From positions 64,001-128,000 of the forward strand of contig CBDCWP010000024.1 in NCBI GenBank assembly GCA_965223505.1: a stretch of 64,000 nucleotides of DNA, read 5' to 3'. Of this stretch, positions 56,036 through 64,000 are shown in pieces. The first letter of the stretch is position 1; every line of letters begins with the position of its first letter. The notes under the pieces are model-generated. The model was not told the DNA's origin. It was given only the letters and a program-made list of their open reading frames with translations, and did not search any database. Origin of the DNA: Planctomycetota bacterium. GTDB lineage: Bacteria > Planctomycetota > PLA2 > JAEUHO01. The position numbers and the translations under genes are program-made.

Positions 56036-56557
56036 ATGTCGGCCGACGCGACGCAGATTCTTACGATCCTTCAAGAGAAGGCGACCGACACGAGCGATCC
56101 CGACGTGCTCGGCGACGCGATGATCGAAGCGCTGAGCAAGGCGTTCGACAAGGCCAGCTGGGTCGGGATCTATTGGTTGCGCGGCACGGAGCTCGTTCTG
56201 GGCCCCTATCGCGGACCGGAAACGGACCACACGACGATCGCCGTCGGTGTCGGCGTGTGCGGAACCGCGATCGAGAAGGACGAGGATCAGATCATCCCGG
56301 ACGTCCGCGAGCTGGAGAACTACCTCGCGTGCTCTGCAACGGTGCGAAGCGAGATCGTCGTCCTGATTCGTTCGCGCGGCGAAGTGATCGGTCAGATCGA
56401 CATGGACGCCGAGGAGGTCGCGGCGTTCGACGAGACGGATCACGCGGTGCTGCGCGCCGTTGCCGACAGCTTCGGAGGGCTCGTGGAGCCGAAGCCGCTC
56501 GACGCCGAGACGCACGAGCGGCAGACCGGCAAGGCGAACGGCGACGACCCCTCGTAG
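56036..56557 (+). CDS. GAF domain protein, free methionine-R-sulfoxide reductase (MsrC)-like
   Basis: WVGIY, L.LGPY.G, GVGVCG.A, Y.ACS...SEIVV, GQID.D. Confidence 0.85.
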   Translation: MSADATQILTILQEKATDTSDPDVLGDAMIEALSKAFDKASWVGIYWLRGTELVLGPYRGPETDHTTIAVGVGVCGTAIEKDEDQIIPDVRELENYLACSATVRSEIVVLIRSRGEVIGQIDMDAEEVAAFDETDHAVLRAVADSFGGLVEPKPLDAETHERQTGKANGDDPS

Positions 56558-56588
56558 CGCGACGTGCGCGCTCGGCGCGGTCCGGACC

Positions 56589-57557
56589 CTAGCGGGGCGC
56601 CGAGGCCGTCGAAGCGAGGACGTCGCGAATCGCGTCGTCGAGGTCGTGGCGCGGCGCGAAGTCGATGAGTTCGTGCAGCACCGCGAGGTTGGGCTTGCGA
56701 CTGACCGGATCCCGAAAGCCCGGACCGTAGACGCGCTCGAACGGAATGTGCTCGATGCCGGCATTCCGGCCTGCGGCCGCGGCGACACGCCGGGCCAGCT
56801 CGAGGATGGTGATCTCGTCCTCGCTGCCGATGTTGACGATGCGGCCCTCCGCCGCCGAACAGCCCGCGAGGCCGCGCAACGCCGCCACGGCGTCACGCAC
56901 ATGCAGGAAGCAGCGCGTCTGCGTACCGTCGCCGTAGACCGGCAGCGGACGACCGGCACGCGCGGCGGCGGCAAACCGCGCCAGGACCATGCCGTATCGG
57001 TCGGACTGCCCGGGTCCGACGACGTTGAAGAATCGCACGACGGTCACGGGCAGCAGGCGCGAGCGATGGAGCGCGAGCGCGTAGGCTTCGCCCGCGACCT
57101 TCGAAAGCGCGTAGACGTCGCGACGCCCGGCGGGATCGAGCGCGATCGGATCGGTCTCGGACATGAACGCGGGCTTCTGATGACGAACCGGATCCCCGCA
57201 GCCGTACACCTCACTCGAGGACGCGATGATCACGCGCGCTCCGTGCCGCACGCACGCGTCCAACACCGCGGCGGTGCCGTCGACGTTGCGCGTCCAGGTC
57301 TCGATCGGCTCCTCCGCGACCATGCGCGGACCGACGGCAGCCGCGAGATGAATGACGAGATCGCAGCCCGCGACGGCGGTGGACACGACTTCGCGATCGC
57401 GCACGTCGGCCCGGATGAGCTCCGCTTCACGGGGCACGCGATGGGCGAACCCGGTCGAGCAGTCGTCGAGGACACGGATCCGATGCGCGTCGGAGCGTAG
57501 CTCCGAGACAAGATGGCTTCCGATGAAGCCCGCGCCGCCGGTGACGAGAACACGCAT
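56589..57557 (-). CDS. NAD-dependent epimerase/dehydratase (nucleotide-sugar)
   Basis: TGGAGFIGSH, HLAA.VG, SSSEVYG, YALSK, RFFNVVGP, GDGTQTRCF. Confidence 0.93.
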   Translation of the reverse strand: MRVLVTGGAGFIGSHLVSELRSDAHRIRVLDDCSTGFAHRVPREAELIRADVRDREVVSTAVAGCDLVIHLAAAVGPRMVAEEPIETWTRNVDGTAAVLDACVRHGARVIIASSSEVYGCGDPVRHQKPAFMSETDPIALDPAGRRDVYALSKVAGEAYALALHRSRLLPVTVVRFFNVVGPGQSDRYGMVLARFAAAARAGRPLPVYGDGTQTRCFLHVRDAVAALRGLAGCSAAEGRIVNIGSEDEITILELARRVAAAAGRNAGIEHIPFERVYGPGFRDPVSRKPNLAVLHELIDFAPRHDLDDAIRDVLASTASAPR

Positions 57558-57646
57558 CTTGGCAAGGTACCCCGATCGAACACGGCGCGCACGCCATGGT
57601 CATGGACGACGCGCAGGCTGCTCGACTTGCTATTCTGACGGCTCGC

Positions 57647-58705
57647 ATGAGATACGCGCCGCACCTGCTGCTCGGGACGTCCTGGACGATCCTGTCGATC
57701 GCGCTCGTTCTCTGGCCGTCGCTGTCGCCGGCACAGGCAGACGAAGGCGCGCTCACCTTCGACCGCACGCTGCAGGACTGGGGACCGGTCGCGCAACACG
57801 ACGAGCTCGAAGCGACCTTCCAGATGCGCAACGGCGGCAAGAGCACCGTGACCGATATCGTCGCGAAGGCCGACTGCGGTTGCTACGCGCTCGTGCTCTC
57901 CGACACGCAGCTGGCGCCGGGCGAGAGCGGCACGCTGAAGGTCCGCTTCCGGACCCTGAGCTTCAGCGGCCCCGTCTCGAAACGCATTCGCGTTTCGTAC
58001 CTGGACGACGCGCGCCGGCGCGCGGCGCTCGATCTGAAGATGAAGGTCGTGGCAGGTGTCGTCCTGGACCCGGGACGGATGCACTTCGGGGAGGTCCTCG
58101 TCGGCACCAAGCCCGAGGGGTCGATCACCGCGAAGTGGTACGACGGGGTGGGCAAGCCGTTCGACGTCACCGCCGTGGAGCTGCCGGACGGCATGTTCGC
58201 CGCCAGCAGGCCGGCCCCGTACCAGGACCCCGACGACAGGCGTTGGAAGGGCTGGCGGATCCCCTTCGCGTTCGTGCAGGCGCCGCCGAAGGGCGTGTAT
58301 CAGGCCGAGGCCGTCATCGTGACGAACCACCCGGAGGCGAAGCGTCTCCCCGTCTCGCTGACCGCATTCGTCACGGGCAAGGTCTGGGTGCAGCAGTCGC
58401 GCATCTACATCGGCATGGTGCCGCGCGGTCGGCTGCGTAGCGCGAGCATGGTGTTCCGGCCCTTCGACGAGACGATCCGGCTCGGCAAGGTCTCCGCGAA
58501 GTCCCGCAAGGGGATGTTGCAGGTGCGCACCCGCCGGGAGGACCTCTTCGGCAACAAGGTTTGGCGCCTCACGGTGATCGTTCCGCGCACGGCGCCGACG
58601 GGGAAGATCGACGACGTCGTCGAGATTCACACCGAGGTGGAGGGCGAGGAGGTCACGGAGATCGAGGTGCGGGGACGGGTGTTCGAGAAGCGCGCGCCCA
58701 AGTAA
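57647..58705 (+). CDS. DUF1573 domain secreted protein (Ig-like repeats)
   Basis: Signal peptide; D.G.V, F...N.G, ADCGC, L.PGES..LKV.F. Confidence 0.85.
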   Translation: MRYAPHLLLGTSWTILSIALVLWPSLSPAQADEGALTFDRTLQDWGPVAQHDELEATFQMRNGGKSTVTDIVAKADCGCYALVLSDTQLAPGESGTLKVRFRTLSFSGPVSKRIRVSYLDDARRRAALDLKMKVVAGVVLDPGRMHFGEVLVGTKPEGSITAKWYDGVGKPFDVTAVELPDGMFAASRPAPYQDPDDRRWKGWRIPFAFVQAPPKGVYQAEAVIVTNHPEAKRLPVSLTAFVTGKVWVQQSRIYIGMVPRGRLRSASMVFRPFDETIRLGKVSAKSRKGMLQVRTRREDLFGNKVWRLTVIVPRTAPTGKIDDVVEIHTEVEGEEVTEIEVRGRVFEKRAPK

Positions 58706-58741
58706 GCCCGCGAACGGCGATTCCGGCGCTACCATCGGCGC

Positions 58742-59878
58742 ATGCTTCGCGCGCTTCCGTTGCTGGTGCTCGTCCTGGCCGCTCCCGCGTGGGCGGACGG
58801 CGAGGAACCGAAGGACGAGCCGTCGGAGCCGCCGGCCGTCGTCAGCGCCGGCCATCGCTTCCTCTCGGTCGACCGCGTGGAGCACGACTTCGGCATCGCG
58901 AAGCAGCGCGAGCAGCTCGATACCGAGTTCACGCTGACGAACACGTCGACGGAGAGGCTCGAGCGCATCCGGGTGCGGGCCGACTGCGGCTGCAACGCGG
59001 TCGAGCTCGCCGACACGGCGCTCGAGCCGGACGCATCGACGACGCTGAAGGTCGGGTTCGCGACGGGCACGCTCAGCGGCACGCTTCTGAAGAAGGTGCG
59101 CATCGAAGCCGGCGACCCTGACCTGGGCACGGCGATCCTGCGATTGCGGATCTCCGTCGTCGCGGGCGTGGTGCTGGCCCCCGGCGCGGCGATGTTCGGG
59201 GACGTGCTGCATGGCACGCTGCCGGAGAAGACGGTCGCGGTGAAGTGGCGCCACGGTGTCGGCGAGCCCTTCGAGATCACGGAGGTCGTCGTCCCGGGCC
59301 ACGAGGACGGCTTCGACGTCGCGGTCAGCAAGCTCGCCCCGTCTGCCGACAGCCCGTGGCGCGGCTGGAACGTCTCGCTGCGGTTCAAGCAACCACCGCC
59401 GATCGGGGTGTTTTCCGCGGAGGTGCTGGTGCGAACGTCGCACCCGGACGAGGCGTTTCGACGCCTCACCTTCGCGTTGAACGCAAATGTCTGCGGGAAG
59501 GTATGGATGCAGGCGCGCACGCTCACGTTTCACAACGTGGTGCGGGGCAAGGAGCGCTCGGCCAGCTTGACCTTCCGGCCCTTCGACGCGTCGATCCGGT
59601 TCGGCGAGGTCTCGGCGCGCTCACGTCGCATCGTCGAGGTCGAGCGTGAAGACGGAACCGTCGTCGAGAACGTCGTCGCCGGCCGCACGCGGGTGAAGGT
59701 CGAGCCGGATCCGCATCACGCGGAGAAGCGCTACTGGCGGCTCACGGTGACGGTTCCCGCCGACGCGGAGCCCGGCCGGCTCAACGGCGAGTGGGTCGAG
59801 CTCCGGACGGGCATTCCGGATCAAGAGGAGATTCGCGTCGCGATCAAGGGCCGTGTGCGAGAGGCTCGCGATGGCTAA
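58742..59878 (+). CDS. DUF1573 domain secreted protein, tandem paralog
   Basis: Same ADCGC motif; colinear similarity with the preceding gene (VVAGVVL.PG...FG, W.GW, FRPFD..IR.G.VSA.SR, WRLTV). Confidence 0.85.
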   Translation: MLRALPLLVLVLAAPAWADGEEPKDEPSEPPAVVSAGHRFLSVDRVEHDFGIAKQREQLDTEFTLTNTSTERLERIRVRADCGCNAVELADTALEPDASTTLKVGFATGTLSGTLLKKVRIEAGDPDLGTAILRLRISVVAGVVLAPGAAMFGDVLHGTLPEKTVAVKWRHGVGEPFEITEVVVPGHEDGFDVAVSKLAPSADSPWRGWNVSLRFKQPPPIGVFSAEVLVRTSHPDEAFRRLTFALNANVCGKVWMQARTLTFHNVVRGKERSASLTFRPFDASIRFGEVSARSRRIVEVEREDGTVVENVVAGRTRVKVEPDPHHAEKRYWRLTVTVPADAEPGRLNGEWVELRTGIPDQEEIRVAIKGRVREARDG

Positions 59879-60374
59879 GGGCGCCGTCCCCGAGAGCAGC
59901 GCGCGACGCAAGCGCGAACGCAAGAAGAGCAACGCCAAGCTCTGGGCGTTCATCTGGGTCAACGGGCTGCTGTTGGGCGCCGGCATCTGGTTCTACATGC
60001 AGCCGCAGCACGTCAAGGACAACGTGCTCGGGCTGTTCGGCGAAGGCTGGGAGGGCCGGGCGGCACGCGTCGGCGTCTGCGTGGTCCTGCTCTTCGTGCT
60101 GGCCAAGCTCGTCCTCCCCGGCATCTACGGAACGAAGGGCGGCCTCGAGCGCCTCCTGCATCGCATGCAGTCGCGCAAGCTGCCTGTGCGCATCGCGCTG
60201 TTTCCCTTGGAAGCGATCGTGTGGTTGTTCTGGTTCGGATTCTGGATCCTCTTCGCACTCGACGCCGTGTTGATCCTCGCCACGTGTGCGCTGTTGATCC
60301 TGCTCGTCGTCCGGATCGTGAATCCGGCGTTCATGGCGGAGTTCGCCGAGAAGTATCCGTGGCTGACGGGCTGA
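59871..60374 (+). CDS. Hypothetical membrane protein (about 4 TM)
   Basis: Hydrophobic helices; start overlaps the upstream stop. Confidence 0.7.
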   Translation: MAKGAVPESSARRKRERKKSNAKLWAFIWVNGLLLGAGIWFYMQPQHVKDNVLGLFGEGWEGRAARVGVCVVLLFVLAKLVLPGIYGTKGGLERLLHRMQSRKLPVRIALFPLEAIVWLFWFGFWILFALDAVLILATCALLILLVVRIVNPAFMAEFAEKYPWLTG

Positions 60375-60387
60375 CGGGAATGGGCGC

Positions 60388-61255
60388 ATGAGCAACACGA
60401 TCCGCATCGGAGTGGTCCAGACCCACGCGTCTTCGGACCCCGGCGACAACCTCGATCGCAACGTGGCCCTCGTCGAGGAGGCGGCGGGCAACGGAGCGAA
60501 CGTGGTCTGTCTGCAGGAGCTCTTTCGCTCCCACTACTTCCCGCAAGCCGAAGACGACGCCAATTTCGCGCTCGCGGAAGCGCTGCCGGGCCCGACGACG
60601 AAGCGGCTCGCTTCGGTCGCGCGGGCGAACGGCATCGTGCTCGTCGCCAGCGTGTTCGAAAAGCGCGCGCCGGGCCTGTTCCACAACAGCGCGGCCGTGC
60701 TCGACGCCGACGGATCGTTCAAGGGCTGCTACCGCAAGATGCACATTCCCGACGACCCGCGCTTCTACGAGAAGTTCTACTTCACGCCGGGAGACCTCGG
60801 CTTTCGCGCGTTCGACACTCGTTTCGGTCGCATCGGTGTGTTGATCTGTTGGGACCAGTGGTATCCGGAGGCCGCGCGGCTGACCGCGTTGGCCGGCGCG
60901 CAAGTATTGTTCTATCCGACGGCCATCGGCACCTGGACCGGCGAGATGGACCTGCTCGAACGACAGCACGACGCGTGGCGCACCGTGCAGCGCGGCCACG
61001 CCGTCGCCAACGGCGTGTTCGTCGCGGCGGCGAATCGCATCGGCGAGGAAGGGCAGATCCACTTCTGGGGACGCTCGTTCTTGGCGGCCCCGGACGGGCG
61101 CGTGCTCACCGAGGCCGACGAGCACGAGACCGTCCTGGTCGCCGAGTGCGACCTCGGCGAGATCGACGCCGCGCGCGAGGGCTGGCCGTTCCTGCGCGAC
61201 CGGCGCATCGACGCCTACGACGACCTCTCGAAGCGCTACCTCGATTCGGAGCCCC

Positions 61256-61263
<8 letters not shown>
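60388..61263 (+). CDS. aguB: N-carbamoylputrescine amidase (nitrilase family)
   Basis: LQELF, YRKMHIPDDP.FYEKFYF.PGD, ICWDQWYPE, YPTAIG, FWG.SF; adjacent to agmatine deiminase. Confidence 0.9.
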
Positions 61264-62269
<1,006 letters not shown>

Positions 62270-62394
62270 CGCCGCCGACGCGCGGTCAATCGAAAGAGGC
62301 GCTCGATCCGCAGGAACGGCGCTCCGAGGCCGCGAGCAACGTCGACGAGCGCGGACTGTACCTGTAGAACGAGGCGAACGGCCGCCCGGCTGCG

Positions 62395-62754
62395 TCAGCG
62401 CCAGCTCGTGTGCTTGACCGGCCGCGGCTCGTCGGACTTCGACGGGTCGCCGCCCAGGTAGGCAACGGCCTCGTCCACGGTCTCGAACGCGGGGAAGACC
62501 GTGTCGAGCTCGGTCATCTCGAGCAGCTGCACGAGCGCGGGCTGCAGACGGCACAGCGCGAGCTCGCCGTCCTGTTTCTCCATGCTCTGGTACGCCTTGA
62601 TCAAGTACCCCAGCGCGGCGGAGTTGATGAAGGGCAATGCATGCAGATCGATGGCGAGACGGCGCGTGCCGTCGGCGATGAGGTTGTCGACCGTCTGGAT
62701 GAGTACCGGGAAGTCCTCGATGGTCCCGTCGAAGCTGATTACGTGCACGTCCAT
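62395..62754 (-). CDS. STAS domain anti-sigma factor antagonist
   Basis: IDL..L.FINSAALG.L, GEL.L, LEMT.L..VF..F.TV.EA. Confidence 0.9.
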   Translation of the reverse strand: MDVHVISFDGTIEDFPVLIQTVDNLIADGTRRLAIDLHALPFINSAALGYLIKAYQSMEKQDGELALCRLQPALVQLLEMTELDTVFPAFETVDEAVAYLGGDPSKSDEPRPVKHTSWR

Positions 62755-62805
62755 GGGCGCCAATTCTAGTCGAGACGTGTCATCGAATGCACGCCCTCCT
62801 GCCGT

Positions 62806-63597
62806 TTATGAACGGGGTCTTTGGAGGAGGTCCACGAGCGCCGCGTGCACCGTGTCCGTCGCGACGATCAGCGTGTCGCGCGCCTGCAGCGGATCCCCGC
62901 CGGCACCGTCGGACACCGCGCCCCCCGCTTCGCGGACCAGCAGCACGCCGGGCGCCAGATCGTGCAACGGCGAGGCGTACCCGCGGCCGCCGAGGTAGCC
63001 GTCGGCGGTGCCCGCCGCGACGTCGCGCAGCTGGAGCGCTATCGTGCCGAAGGAGCGCACCTTGTAGGTGGCCCGCCGAAGCCGTGTGATCAGATCGGCG
63101 TCGTCGACGAAGATCCCGGTGTTCGCGAGGTCGACGTAGACGATCGCCTCCTCGACCGGCCGGCTGCTCAGCTCGAGGCGCTTGCCGTCGCGCCACGCGC
63201 CGGCGCCGGCGGCCGCCCACGTGAAGTCGTCGCGCAGCGGCTCGTACACCGCCGAGAACAGCGGGTCGATCCCGTCGAGCAACGCGACCTGGCTGCCGAA
63301 GAGGGGACTGCGTCGCGCGAAGTTGGCGGTCCCGTCCAGGGGGTCGAGCACCCACGTCGGCGTGCCTTCGCGAATCACGCCGCTCTCTTCGCCGATGAGC
63401 CCGTAGTCCGGTTCCAAGGCCAGGAGGGCATCACCGAGCAGCCCTTCGAGCTCGTGGTCGAGCGCGGTCACCACGCTGCCGTCGTGCTTCAGCCGACGTT
63501 GCTCGGGCTCACGCTCGAACGCCTCCACCACGCGCGACCGAATCCCACGGAACGCCGCCTCCACGTCCCCTGCGTAACGGGCCGGGTCCTTGCGCAT
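62806..63597 (-). CDS. Inositol monophosphatase family protein
   Basis: VT..D, GEE, WVLDPLDGTANF, HDLAPG.L.V.EAGG. Confidence 0.92.
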   Translation of the reverse strand: MRKDPARYAGDVEAAFRGIRSRVVEAFEREPEQRRLKHDGSVVTALDHELEGLLGDALLALEPDYGLIGEESGVIREGTPTWVLDPLDGTANFARRSPLFGSQVALLDGIDPLFSAVYEPLRDDFTWAAAGAGAWRDGKRLELSSRPVEEAIVYVDLANTGIFVDDADLITRLRRATYKVRSFGTIALQLRDVAAGTADGYLGGRGYASPLHDLAPGVLLVREAGGAVSDGAGGDPLQARDTLIVATDTVHAALVDLLQRPRS

Positions 63598-64000
63598 CAG
63601 TCGCTACCGCATTGCGCTTCGAGCACGTCGAGAAGGCACATCACCATCGGTTCGACGGCTTCGCCGGACTCGTGCCGCACGACGAACGACGCTTCGTCGT
63701 CGCCGAGCGGCTCGGCCTCCCGCATCTGTTGCTCGTAGATCGTGAAGTCGGCGTCACTGGCGTCGTCGCCGCGCGCGCCGCGCGCGGCGAGCCGCTCGCG
63801 GATGACGGCGGACGCCGCGGTCACGTCGACGATCGCAAACGGGACGCGGAGCGCTTGCGCGAGCGCGCGCGCACGGCCGCGGCTGTCCGCGCGCAGGTAC
63901 GTCGCGTCGAGGATCGCCGCATGTCCCCGCCCCACCGCCTCGCGCGCGCGGTCGAGCAACGCTGCGTACGTACGCCCGGACATGTCGGCGCCGTAGACGT
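63597..64000 (-). CDS. C-terminal AAA_33/kinase domain (likely bifunctional phosphotransferase/ATP-binding protein); 5' part outside the window
   Basis: TY..L, ILDATY, I.ERL..R...D.SDA, EPL. Confidence 0.8.
   Translation of the reverse strand, partial: VYGADMSGRTYAALLDRAREAVGRGHAAILDATYLRADSRGRARALAQALRVPFAIVDVTAASAVIRERLAARGARGDDASDADFTIYEQQMREAEPLGDDEASFVVRHESGEAVEPMVMCLLDVLEAQCGSD

Noticed and set aside
57647..59878. Additional selenoproteins among the DUF1573 and glutaminase-like genes
   Set aside because: The relevant positions are ordinary Cys codons; no other convincing in-frame UGA readthrough was found.

Overview
This is a gene-dense, GC-rich bacterial chromosomal segment, most likely from a Planctomycetota member (DUF1549/1553 + DUF1501 pair, prenyltransferase-repeat/HEAT proteins, membrane Ser/Thr kinase, DUF1573 paralogs). 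It holds about 58 mostly housekeeping or accessory CDSs, including blaI-blaR1, an octaheme cytochrome c, mtnP, arfB, icmF, mogA-eboE, class II RNR nrdJ and aguB-aguA. No tRNA, rRNA, CRISPR array or transposase was seen. The most interesting region is the ~1.4 kb nrdJ/histone intergenic locus (54.3-56.0 kb). It contains tandem NrdR-like boxes and a candidate ~105-nt sRNA with its own ECF-like promoter and terminator, whose anti-Shine-Dalgarno loop is complementary to the nrdJ RBS. It also has a DnaA-type box and, divergently, a bacterial histone-fold protein with a Lys/Arg-rich N-terminal tail. Other notable items are an AhpD/CMD-family selenoprotein (CxxU plus SECIS) that the ORF track splits in two, and a sensor-less BlaR1 with a perfect BlaI operator facing a PASTA-only protein. 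The window also shows a MITE-like insertion scar, a frameshifted DUF1579 gene, and widespread leaderless-type TANNNT-N6/7-start signals. All family assignments come from motif recognition by eye, not database searches.
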